Assembly (NCBI RefSeq): GCF_009914755.1
Contig: NC_060927.1
Source: the human T2T-CHM13v2.0 reference genome, Homo sapiens
Strand: one strand, 5' to 3'
DNA length: 64,000 nucleotides
The notes beneath the pieces were generated by a model, which saw only the letters and a program-made list of their open reading frames with translations, was not told the origin of the DNA and did no database searches. The translations under genes were made by a program, and so were the position numbers. Shown in pieces: positions 46,412 through 61,446 of this stretch. Numbering within the stretch: the stretch's first letter is position 1; every line of letters starts with the position of its first letter.

Positions 46412-46776
46412 AAGATGCTCCTTGACTTAGGATGGAGTTACATCCCAATAAACTCATCATAATTTGAAAATATTCTAAGTCTAAAATGCATTTTAATACA
46501 CCTCACCTGCTGAACATCACATCTTAGCCTGGCCTACCTTAAACATGCTCAGAACACTTACATTAGCCTGCAGTTGGGCAAAGTCATCTAACACAGGGCC
46601 TATTTTATAATAAAGTGTTGAATGTCTTGTAATGTGCTGAATACCGGCCTGAAAGTGGAAAACAGAACAGTTTTCTGGGTACTTGAAGTACAGTTTCTAC
46701 TGAATGCATATAGCTTTCGTGCCACCATAAAGTTGAAAAGTTATCAATCAAACCATTGTAAGTCGAGGACTGTCTG
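46412..46776 (+). mobile_element. MER47A-like Tigger MITE (~365 bp, complete)
   Basis: Termini agatgctccttgactta and taagtcgaggactgtctg form imperfect TIRs; internal cttagcctggcctaccttaaacatgctcagaacacttacattagcc. Confidence 0.85.
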
Positions 46777-47429
46777 TGTATCTGTAAACTCCACTGTGTT
46801 TCATTCACAGCCATCCTCCTTGAAAGAGAAGTCCTCCCCATTCCTTCTTCAGCCCCCTCAAAGCCAGTGTTTTCTTTTACCATCTGGGCCCTTGCACCAT
46901 ATCCTCACCACCACCACTGCCACTTTGCCATCTGCCCCTCAGCAAGGCCACCAGTGACCTCCATTTGGCTAATTGCCCTCAATACATTTATTATTTGGCT
47001 TGGTCCCTTAAGGTTATTTAATATTTTGTGATAACCTTTCATTCTCCCTCTCCTCCCTCTGGGACATTTAGAACTTTGTAACATACATTCACTCGCCCTC
47101 TCTCTCTCTCTCTAACCTCTTATTTCTTTGGCTTCTGTGCCACTACTTTCTCCTGGTTTCCCTTCTAATAACAAAATGCCTATTGGTTTTCAGTGCTGCT
47201 CACAGGCCTGCCTGAGTGTTGTCGTTCCCTGAACACTCTGCGTTTCTCGACCCTACTTCTCCCTGGCTGATCAGCTCCCCCTGCTGTATCTGCTCCTGGC
47301 TCTCAACTCGAGCTCCATCCTGTTCCTCTCTCCATGCTTCACAAACCCATATCGCCAACTATACCTGCATGTCCCACAGGCACTTCACACTTAACCTATC
47401 CAAAATGCAACCAATTCTTTCTCCAGTAA

Positions 47430-48068
<639 letters not shown>

Positions 48069-48442
48069 TGATAAAATAAGAGGGTTTGGTTGGATGTTCA
48101 TTCAGCGTTCTTCTAATGCTGACATTTGTGAAAACTTTAATTCTGTTTTATATAAAACTGCCCTTAATTGGCATAGAGCTTTTTTATCTCATTTAATCTT
48201 TAAAATATGTCCACAAGGTAAATAAGATATTCGTTGTGATGGAATAAATCGAACTGATTATTGTATTATTTTAAACATTTAATTAAATAGTTTGATTCTG
48301 GCACTAAACTTCTGAAGTATTTATTACAGAGCTTTACTAAAGATATAAAACACTTCCAGGGGAAAATCTTTGCCTTTTTTGGCATCTGGAGAGTTTCTCC
48401 ATGAGGAAATTGCCTTCTTAGATGCCAGTGCTTACTCTGCAC

Positions 48443-50033
<1,591 letters not shown>

Positions 50034-50249
50034 CTTTGTACTATGAGGCTTAGCTATAGGATCAGACCCTTTGTTTAAAATATCTGAAGCTCTGCACCAT
50101 CCATGAAAATTACCTGTTGGCTTCTTTACCTGAAATCGGGATATATTTTATGTCAATGGCAAGTGCCAGAAGCCAGGCCAGCAAATGGCAGTGATACCTG
50201 GTATATTGGTTGCATGTCCAAATCAGCTGTACGACTCCACCGGACCTGT

Positions 50250-51425
50250 TCTCCCTAAGGACATGGTGGTGTCCATGTCATTACATTCATCGGATAGTTT
50301 TCAGGCCATATCTCACTTCACCCATTACTATATTCTGTAGCGTTGACCACTTCATCTTTGAAGTACTTGCTTCTCTTGGCTTCCATTACAGCACACACTT
50401 CTGATTTTCCTCCTACCTTCCTGGCTGTTCTTCCTCCTACCTTCCTGGCTGTTCTTCCTCCTCAGTGCTCTGTTCTGGTGCTCTTCCAACCGATATTCTC
50501 TTCCTAGATTTTATCCACTCCCATAGCCTCAACTCTCATTTAATCGCCAGTGCTTCCCGATGCCTATTCAACATTATCACTTGTACTTTTCAAAGATACC
50601 TCATAGCTAAAGTCATTATAATTCTTGCCCACCTGTACTCACTTCACTCTGCTCTGTTTCACTAAATGGGAATATCATTTACATCATTTACCTTTTTGCT
50701 CAAACCAAAAACTAGGGGTCACCCTTGACTCTTCCCCCAACCCCATGTCCACATCAAATCTCCACCATGGCCTATTAATTAGACACCCAAGCATCTCAAA
50801 TCCATCCATGCCTTTCCGTCCACACTGTCACCATCTTGGCCCTAGTCATAATCTGCAGGGCCTCCTGACTCATTTGCTCTCTTGCTTTCCTCTGGCTTAG
50901 CCTCTGTAGTATAGCCAGATCCTAGATGATTGTTATTCTTCTGCTTAAAGCCATGGTATGGATTGGCACTGTCCTGATAATGTTCAGAGTCATCAAGGGT
51001 TTTCAGGGCCCAGTGAGATCTGCCCCTGCCTTCTCCAGCCTCCTTTTTCCCTGTGCTTCAGACACTTGAGCTTTCGGGTCTATAAATACACTCTATGCTA
51101 CCCTGGGCTTTTGTACGTCCTCTTCTCAACCCCGAACTCCCATCTGCCTAGCCAACTGCTACTTATCCTTAGGGCTCTGCTGAAATATCACCTCCTCTGG
51201 GAGCCCTTCCCTGACCTAGCTCCCAACTCAGACTAATCTAAGTTTTTGATATTCTCCTGTAGCACCCTAAACTTGGCCCTCTTTGTGCATGTGACATTCC
51301 CAGTTACTTACACGGTGTCCATCTTCCCATTTAGATTGTAGATTCTAAGAAATCAGAGACTGACTGCACCTGATTTCCCCATAACACAGTCCTGGCACAA
51401 TACATTGTGATCTAATGAATAAATA
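50250..51425 (+). mobile_element. L2 LINE 3' fragments
   Basis: CT-rich L2-like text ending ...agtcctggcacaa...atgaataaataa; boundaries approximate. Confidence 0.55.
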
Positions 51426-51946
51426 AGCTGATTTGAATGTCGGGGCTATAAAGGATTTTGAAGTCCCAATACATGTTCAAAAACATGGCATAAATGAATC
51501 CCTGAAGGAGAACATAGCAAAGCTAGTTTGTTACAGTTTACAAAGCTAGTTTGTTTGGATCTCTGAAGCAAACACTTCCAGGCCTCCTGATTTCTAGTAG
51601 GATTTTCTTCTCAGGATGTTATGCTCGTGAAGACCCTGGGCCCTGCAGGTCGCAGTACTGGGTTAAAATCCTGGCACTGCTGTTTTCTAGCTGTGCGGTG
51701 TCAAATTCTTCTCTAAGCCTTCATTTCCTCATTTCACACACACACACAAGTGTGTGTGTTTTCTATCTCGGGGCTTTGGGGTTAAAATTAGATAATATAT
51801 TTTAAACACTTTCAAAGTGTCTGGCACATGGTGAGTGTCCAAAACTATTAGCTATTATTATGACACTATGTTGGTTTAAATTAAGATCCATCAATAATTG
51901 TTTCCAAACCAAAAACAAGAATGGCATCAGAAATATTGATGGAATT

Positions 51947-52250
<304 letters not shown>

Positions 52251-53019
52251 TCACCTATGCTGACACAAGTACAATTTATTCTCCAGAGGTGTTTCCTCCA
52301 CTCTTTCTGCTAAGCAAAGGGTTAGCAGACATTTCAGTGGCCTCTGCTTCCAGTCAGGGCCCAGCTCTGCTCTGTGGAGCCACCGCTGCTCCAACTGCTC
52401 TGCTGGTGCTGGTGCTACGGGCTTGGGCCTGGAAGAGTGAACAGTCCAGTTCACAGCCCAAGTCCTGAGCATTCATGTCTGTTCAGGAGAGGCCCTTAAG
52501 GGTGTTGCCTGTGTGGCACCAACTCAATAAGCTGCACTTACAGATTCTGAAGAAAACGTAGGCTGTCATGTGGGTCTGTATTTTTCTTAAGAAGATGCAG
52601 AGGATTCAGGTCCAACTCATTTAGCATTGCTAAATGAAACTCTTACCTTTGGCGCAGGGATGTTAATGATGACATTTTTAATGCGGCACACCAGTGTTTT
52701 TTTTCCAGGACCCACGGTTGATAGAGAACCCAGCATCAGGAAGAACTGCGCCACCCCTGAGCAAATGCTTTGTGCCTGCCTTCTATTGACCATTTTTCTC
52801 CTTTTACTTTGGCTGCTAGGAAGCCCAAAACTAAATTATCAGCCTATCCTTGCTCTCATATGGAGCCTTACATTATATGTCTTATAACCCCCTAGAAAGA
52901 TGGACCCTTTCATCAGAAAAGCAGATTCAGTCCTTAATTTCATGGTATTAAATTTTTCCTTGACTTGATTTCACCTTGCTCCCTTTTTTTCCTCATGTAA
53001 CTTTGATTTCTTCATCTGC

Positions 53020-54420
53020 ATTATTGTGGGAATTTCCAAAAGTGACCTTAGATCCTTTTGTCCAATGAAGTGAAGTGTGAACTTAAACATGCAACTACCA
53101 GTGAGTCGGTCAGCAAGTTCCCTCGTGTGTACTGAAGGGAGTTCAGCAAGTTCCCTCGTGTGAAACTGCCCCTTTCTAAGGGGCAGGTTGCATGTCTGTA
53201 ACTTCTTTCTTGTTATTTCTTTTAACTCTTCTATGACATAGGGACATGGATTAGTGAGGGAAAGCAGCATAGCAGTGCCTTATGAAAATCCAGTTCTTCT
53301 TCTAGTCTATGCGAATAGCCGAAAAGCCAGCAGGGACCCAGAGGCCGCGGAGCCGGACCGCAGAGTGGAGGCCAGGCCGGTGGGCAGGAGGAGGTGGGAA
53401 CACCGAAGGCCGCCAGGACTGAATCCGCTTCTCTAATGAAAGGGCCCTTTTTTCCAGGGGATTATAAGAATATTCATGACCCTTGAGATCAGCAGGTGAG
53501 GCTCAGCCCTCCCTACTCATCCTTTGGGCAAATAGTTCAGAAAGCCGAGGTTGCCAGGATGAGAAAGAAACAGTGGGAGTTGGGAGCTCTTCCCGCTTCC
53601 CTTGGCCCCCAACCCCCTTTCATTTTCAGAGGAGGGCAGGGTGGGGGCACTTGTCCTGAGGTGAATCAAGGACTGTGTCTTTCATTTCCAAAGAGCAGGC
53701 AGCGAGGCTGAGGCAGAAGTCCCGTGACATGACTTGAGACACAAAATGGTATCTTAGCATCGAAGACTCCCTTTGACAAGAAGAAGAAAAGCCCTTTTCT
53801 TCCCAGCCCGGATTAGGCGAGGAGGGAATTCTCCGGAACATGTGTGCATTGTTTCGTGGAGGGCAGCCAGGCTGGCCTGGGGCTTGCCTCCCAAAGTCAG
53901 CCCAAGGAAGCTTGTCCTCGTGTAATTAAAAGGGAAGGGAAACAGCAGGGGGTCTTGTTCCGCTGCTGCCCACCAAAGTGGGGTCCCCGGGGGATGGTGC
54001 GGCCCAGGAAATTGGCTAAATTAATGGTTATGGGAGGCCTCCCTGAATGTGTGGGCCCTGGAGGCAGAAAGAGGGCAGGGCAGGGAGTCTCATCAGAGCC
54101 TTTCTGATAAAAATGGGAGAAAGAGAAATGCTCTCAGGGCAGGGGTGTCTAAGCTCTTGCCCCCTGACTGGGCATCCAGGCTGCCCTCGGGACACAGCAC
54201 CTGAGGTGAGGGGTCAGCCCCTTGTGGAAAGCAGAGCCTCCGGGCAGTGTGTCCAGGCCCTCCCTGTCCAGCTGATGCAGGCTGGCCCCTCACATTCTCC
54301 AGCTGACAGCGAGGCCGGGAGCGAGGAGGTCACAGGTCATGGCCGGGCACTGGGGCCCTGGAGCTCACAAAGCGGGAGCTGCTTCCCTGGGCAACATGAG
54401 TTTCTGGAAAGCAGTCTCTT
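53020..54420. promoter_or_regulatory. GC/CpG-rich block with no recognisable repeats, candidate enhancer
   Basis: CpG cluster 53310-53430; GGGAATTTCC at 53028-53037; TAATTA and GATA motifs ~53920-54110. Confidence 0.35.
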
Positions 54421-55460
54421 GTATTTGTCAATGGTACAGTGTCTCACTCAGAAATTATCGGGAAAAGTGAAACCCTGAACTGGAAGCCAACGTCTTAGGC
54501 ATTTATAAGGTTTAACCCATTTATGAAGAAGAAATGTCCTTTCCTTATGAAAAAGAAAGCTTTTCTTCATGAAGAAATGCTTTATAATCGCCATTTCCTG
54601 AAAGCTTCCATTCAAAAAGGTGAACTCCATGCTTCATTTTTGCCAACTCACTTCTCTCCAAATCTTGTAGACTGGATTACAGAGGACATCGGGCAATCTT
54701 AATCAGCAGTCTGGAGATTCATGACCCCTCTCCACAGCCTGACTCCAGGGTACACGGGTAAGATAATAGTGACAACAGCCATGAAACGAAGGGGGCTGGT
54801 TTTCCATGACCCCACACATTCTGCCTAAGGCCACGCACCTCCCAAAGGCCACGATGGATGAGCAGGCGGGCCTGGGCACTCAGGTTTTTCTGGTAAGTGA
54901 CGAATCTAAGTCAATATTGCAAAGTAGACGTGGCTCCCCTGGCTCTGCAAATATTGGACCAAAGACTTGAGTGAGGCGATGCTATTGACGATTACGAGAT
55001 GGTAGCATTGTTGTCTTTGTTGCCATGAAGTGCAGCTCGGTGGAGCCTGGCCTAACATCCTGTGTACACAGAGGGGACAGTGTGCTCGGAGGCCCGTGTG
55101 TTTGCTCTGCCAATATGCGCCAGTGGCCAGCCCTCGAACACTCCCCCATCCCATGGTTACAGCTGGGGGTGTTGGAAACATACCGCCCTCTCCTCTACGC
55201 CCCAGGGGGCTGCCGAACAGTGTCTAAGCCACATGATTTTCTTATTTTAGTTCTTTTTTAAAAATATTTGTTTGAAGTACAGTGTACATGTATCATCCCT
55301 ATAGCTTGATGAATTTTCACAAACTGCCACAGCCTTGTGTTGAGCACCCAGGACAAGAAATTGAATATTTCCAGCACCCTCCAAGCTCACCTGTGCTCCC
55401 TCCCAGGCAATCACTCCAGCAAAGTGCCCACAATACAGACTTCTAATATAGATAAGGCTG

Positions 55461-55516
<56 letters not shown>

Positions 55517-55535
55517 TCTTTCTTTCTTTCTTTCT
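55461..55535. repeat. (GCTT)14 + (TCTT)n compound microsatellite at the tail of an antisense AluJ
   Basis: Perfect GCTT units 55461-55516; explains the LLAC repeats in ORFs 55337 and 55467. Confidence 0.95.
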
Positions 55536-55848
55536 GTCTTTATTCTTTCTTCTTTTTTTTTTTTTCAGGGACTCACTCTGTCACCCAGACTGGATCACAG
55601 TGGCATGATCACGGCTCACTATAAACTTGAACTTCGAGGCTCAAGCTATCCTCCAGCCTCAGCCTCCCAAGTAGCTGGGACTACAGGTGCATAAAACCAC
55701 AACTGGCTAATTTTTAAATTTTTTTTCTTGTAGAGACGAGGATCTCACTATGTTGCCCAGGCTGTCTCAAATTCCTAGGCTCAAGGGATCTTCCTACCCC
55801 AGCCTCCCAAAGTGCTGAGAATACAGACATGAGACCCTATGCTTGGCG
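55536..55848 (-). mobile_element. AluJ-like, antisense
   Basis: cagggactcactctgtcacccagactgg...ctcccaaagtgctgag. Confidence 0.85.
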
Positions 55849-56263
55849 TGTCTTGCCTGTTTTAAGCCGCAGAATCTTGAAACTTTACCTTGGCATTTGA
55901 AGCCAATGTGACCTGTTTGTCCAGCAGACCATGATTATGAGCCCACCAGGCACAGCCTCTTGGCTCTGCCTCTAACTTGATCAGTTCTCTTCCAAGCTCT
56001 GGCATCAAAGGCTGACTCTGTTAAAGGATGGAGTTGGTCTTTGTGTCTCTTGGGGTCCTTCCAGGGCCAGCATATGGTCCCTGGCTCCATTATCCAGTCC
56101 TGAGCACGGGAGGGGTGATGGGTCTGACCACAGAGGATTGTGTCTATTAGCCTATCTCAATCCACTGGCTCAGGCCAGTTCTCACAAGGTGACTACTCTC
56201 TTGCCACCAGGCCTCCCCTGCCTCCTCCCTCCATGCCACCATCCAGAAATAACCCAAGACAGG

Positions 56264-58039
56264 AGATATAGTTTGGTTATTTGTCTCCACCCAAGTCTCA
56301 TGTTGAATGATTGTAATACTCAGTGCTGGAGGTGGGGCCTGATGGGAGGTGTTTTTGTTATGGGGGCAGATCCCTCATGGTTTGGTGCTGTCTTTGAGAT
56401 AGTGAGTTCTTGCAAGATCTGATCATTTAAAAGTGTGTGGCACCTCCTCCCAACATTTTCTCTCTCTTGATCCTGCTGTGGTCATGTGATGTGCCTGCTC
56501 CCACTTCATTTCCCACCATAAGTAAAAGCTCTATGAGACCTCCCCAGAAGCTAAACAGATGCTGGTGTCATGCTTGTACAGCCTGTGGAACCCTAAGCCA
56601 ATTAAACCTTTTTTCTTTATAAATTATCCAGACTCAGGTATTTCTTCACAGCAATGAAAGAATGGCCTAACGTAGAAAATTGGTACTGAGAGTAGGGCAT
56701 TGCTAAAAGATACCTGAAAATGTGGAACCAACTTTGGGACTTGGTAACAGGTAGAGGCTGGAAGTTTGGAGGGCTCAGAAAAAGACAGGAAGATGGAAAG
56801 TTTGGAACTTTTTAGAGACTGGTTAAATGGTTGTGACCAAAATGTTGATAGTGACATGGACAGTGAAGGCCAGGCTGAAGAGGTCTCAGATGGAAATGAG
56901 AACTGGAGCTAAGGCCATCCTTGTTATGCATTAACAAAGCACTTGGCTGCCTTGTGTTCATGCCCTAGGGATCTATGGATGTTTGAATGAACTTCACAGT
57001 GATGATTTAGGGTGTTTGGCAGAAGAAATTTCTAAGCAGCAAAATGTTTCAGAAGTGACATGGCTGCTTCTAACAACCTAAGTCACATGTGGGAGCAAAG
57101 AAATGGCTTAAAGTTTGAATTTATATTTAAAAAGAACGCAGAGTGTAAAGTGGAAAATGTACAGCCTGGCTATGTGACAAAGAAAGAAAAAGCTTATTAG
57201 GAAAGGAATTCAAGCAGGCTGTGGAACAACCACTTGTTAAAGATATTTGCATAACTAAAAGGGAGTCAAGTACTAATATCCAAGACAATGAGCAAAAGGC
57301 CTTGAAAGCATTTCAGGAAACTTCATGGCAGCCCCTCCCATCACAGGCCTAGAGGCTTAGGAGGAAAGAATGGTTTCCTGGGCCAGGCACAGGGACCTGC
57401 TGCCCTGCACAACCTTGGGACACTACTCCCACATCCTGGCCACTCCAGCTTCAGCTGTGGCTCAAACATGCCCAGGTACGGCTCAGTCTGCCTCTTTGGA
57501 GAATGCAAGCCTTAAACCTTGGTGGCTTCCACGTGGTGTTAAGCCTGCAGGTGCACAGAATGCGAGAGTGGTGGATTCTGGGTGGCTTCTGCCTAGTTTC
57601 AGGGGATACTAGGCCTAGGTATCCAGGTAGAAACCTGCTGCAGGGGCAGAGCCCTCACAGAGAACGTCTACTAAGGCAGTGCAGAGGGGAAATGTGGGGT
57701 TGGAGGCCCCTACACAGAGTTGCCACTGGGGCACTGCCTGGTGGAGCTGGGGGAAGAGGGACACTGTCCTTCAGATCTGAGAATGATAGATCCACCAGCA
57801 GCTTGCATCCTGTGCCTGGGAAAGCTTCAGAAACTCAACTCCAGCCTTTGAGAGCAGCCTCAGGGGCTGCACCCTGTGAAGCTACAGGGGCAGAGCTGCC
57901 CAAGGCCTTGGGAGCCCATCCTTTGCACCAGTGCACCCTGGATGTGGGACATGGAGTCAAAGGAGATTATTTTGGAGCTTTAAGATTTAGTGACTCCCCT
58001 GCTGGGTTTAAGCTTGTGAGGGGCCTGCAGTTCCCCCCA

Positions 58040-58073
<34 letters not shown>

Positions 58074-58742
58074 GTCAATTGTTTCCTTTTGGAATGGGAA
58101 TGTTTACCCAATGCCTATGTCTTCATTGTATCTTGGAAGTAAATAACTTGTTTTTTTTTATTTTACAGGCTCACAGGTAGAAGTGACTTGCCTTGTCTTA
58201 GATGAGACTTTGGACTTTGAACTTTTGAGTTAATGCTGGAATGAGTTAAGACTTTGGGGAACTATTGGGAAGGCATAATTGTATTTTGTAATGTGAGAAG
58301 GACATGAGATTTGGGAGAGGCCAGGGGTGGAATGTTAGAGTTTGAATATTTGTCCCCACCCAAATCTCATATTGAATTGTAATCCCCAATGCTGAAGGTG
58401 GGGCCTGGTGGGAGATAGTTGGGTCATAGGGGCAGATCCCTCATGGCATGGTGTTGTCTTTGAGACAATGAGTGAGTTCTCATGAGATCTGGTCATCTAA
58501 AAGTGTGTGGCACCTCCCTCCCCACTCCCACTCTCTCTTGCTCCTGCGTTTGCCATGTGATGCTCCTGCTCCTGCTTTGACTTGTACCATGAGTAAAAAC
58601 TCCCTGAGGCCTCCCCAGAAGCTAAGCAGATGGCTCCATGTTTGTACAGCCTACAGAACCACGAGCCAATTAAACCTCTTTTCTTTATAAATTATCCATT
58701 CTCAGGTATTTCTTTATAGCAGTGAAAGAATGGCCTAACATA
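56264..58742 (+). mobile_element. Complete MST (MSTA-like) ERVL-MaLR: 5'LTR 56264-56674, internal 56675-58332, 3'LTR 58333-58742
   Basis: Two ~410-bp homologous LTRs; aattggtac after the 5'LTR; purine tract gggagaggccaggggtggaa before the 3'LTR; ATTAAA in each LTR; 5-bp flanks acagg/actgg. Confidence 0.92.
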
Positions 58743-60590
58743 ACTGGTGAGTTCAGGATTCCCTCCACACCACTGGAAGGCGTCTGATTTGTTCTGGTCC
58801 TGAATCTGGCCCATTCTTTCTTAAAACCATGTCAGGCAGATTTAAACACACTCTGCTGCACGATATCCCACATCTTTCAGCATTCCCAAAGCCACTCTGC
58901 ATATATGTATGGCATAGAGGGAAGGAAAGTTAAACAGCTGTCAGAGAGCAGGCCAGAGCAGGAAGTGGTTCAACTTCCTCACTCGCAGGTGGGGAAACTG
59001 CATCCTCAAAAGGGGAAGGGAGTTTCTTGAGGCCATGTTTAAAGTGTCTGGGGCCTGGCTCCCTCCAGTTCACCAAACCCAGCTCTATGAGGCTTTTTAA
59101 GGACTTTATGGCTCACGTCAAGGGAAAAAAAAAAAATCACCACCGTGGCTGACATAAACACATGCACATAAACAGCAAAAACACTTGCTTCCATCCATAG
59201 AATTTTCCATTTCATGGACTTCTCTCCTGCATTCACATCAACCCCTGCAACAACCCAGGAGGCTGCTGCTAGCTGAATCTGCCTCACTCCACAGTCAAGG
59301 CAACCCCATCCTCTATTAGCATGATCTCCATTTTACAAACGAGTACCTGAGGTTTGCACCTGGAAGTGTGTTGCCCAATACTGTGTCCCTGGCCAGGGAG
59401 CTGGCTTGGCAATGCCAAGGTTCTGGGGAGGCTCCATCTACTGCCTGCTTCCCAGTCCCACCAGGGGCAGCACCTCTGGAATTCCTGCCCACAATACCCA
59501 GGGTAGGGATTCCAGCAAGCCCCACCCTATAACCTGAGCACACAAGCTGGGTCACAATTGTCAGAATGCAAAGAGACTCCACCAACTAGAGGAAGAGAGG
59601 CTTGGCAGGGACTCTCAGCTTGCCCCCAGCCTGGGGGCCTCTGCAGGAGGACCCAGATGCCCTATAGCCCGACGCTCTTGAGAACATAATTCCCCTTGTC
59701 CCGACGCTTTTGCTTCACTTCCCTCCAAGACACAGTGCCAGCAACACCCCAGGCACTAGACGCTCTGAAGGCCAGCAGCGGAGGGCTGAGGCAGGCTGGG
59801 TGTCTGCACATGCTTGGATGAATCCTGCAAGGTGCTGCTGGGATGGACAGGGCTGGCAAGATCTGGCTGTGGGAGCACGAGGTTCCATTGCATTCAGTCT
59901 GGCTCCTGGCCTCACCCTAGGCCGGGCCCTGTTAGAGTGTTGTCCTCAGTTCAAGAGGCCCATGCAGATTGATAGGAATTGTACCTAACAAAGACAGTAA
60001 TCCAGGATCATAGGCAAGAATTAACTCTGGAGAACTAGTGCTCTGAAAAGGCATAGAGTGTCATGGGAAGACAGAAAGAGCAGATCCAGGTGGAGGAGGA
60101 AGCACTTGAACTGAGTTGAAAAACAGGCAAAAGTGAACTGTCATCTGTGGCATAATAAGCCCTTACTTAACTGTGGTAACAGTCAAGAAAGTGAATAGTA
60201 AAAATGCACCTAGCATAGTGTCTGCCACATAATAGGTGTTCAATGAATGTCATGCAGGGAGTTAGGTAATTGAAGCTGGCCTAGTGGGACTAGAGCCAAG
60301 AGCGTGTCTTTGTCAAGGAAAGGGAGGAAGGCTAAGGGAAGAAATTGAAGAGTTAGGTTGTTTTAAATTGTGACAAGTTAAGGGGTTTAGATTTTTATGC
60401 TGAAGATGATGGGGAGCCACTGAAGGGTTTTGAGCAAGAAAGTGACAAGATCAGAATTGCTTTTTTAAAAGATCATTTTGCTAGGAGAAAATATTTGTAA
60501 AAACATATCTGATAAGGGACTATTATCCAATATATACAAAGAACCCTTAAAACTCAGCAATAAGAAAGCAAACCAATTAAAAATGAATCA

Positions 60591-60910
<320 letters not shown>

Positions 60911-61277
60911 AAAAGGAGTCAAACACCTCACCAAAACCCAAAAAAGATAGATGGCAAATAAGCATATTAAAAGGTGCTCAACATCATATGCCATTAGGGA
61001 ATTGCAAATTAAAACAACAGTGAGGTACCACTACACACCTATTAGACTGGCCAAAATCCAGAACCTGACAACACCACATTCTGACAAGGATGTGGAGCAA
61101 CAGGAACTCTCATTCATTGCTGGGCAAAATGGTACAGCCACACTGGGGGTCAGTTTGGCAGTTTCCTACAAACTAGACATACAGTTATTATACAATTTAG
61201 CTACACACTCCTTGGTATTTTCCCAAAAGAGTTGAAAAACGTATGTCCACATACAAATCCGCACATAGATGTTTATA

Positions 61278-61446
61278 CAGGTTAAGCCCCTAATCCAAAA
61301 AGCCAAAATGCTCAAAAACCTGAAACCTTTTGAGCACAGACATGATGCTCAAAGGAAAGTATCTGCAAACATTTCAAAGTCTGAGACAATCCAAAACCCA
61401 AAACTCTTCTGGTCCCAAGCATTTCAGATAAGGAATATTCAACCTG
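61278..61446 (-). mobile_element. Tigger4a/Zombi (MER46-type) MITE, internally deleted, TA TSD, nested in L1MB
   Basis: ta|caggttaag ... tattcaacctg|ta TIRs; ttctggtcccaagcatttcagataagg. Confidence 0.85.

Noticed and set aside
57503-58180. Longest ORF (225 aa)
   Set aside because: Lies wholly within the MST internal region and runs through a poly-T (poly-Phe); no sign of a host gene.
59457-59473. CTCF-like cccaccaggggcagca
   Set aside because: One G short in the core, so the motif register is broken.
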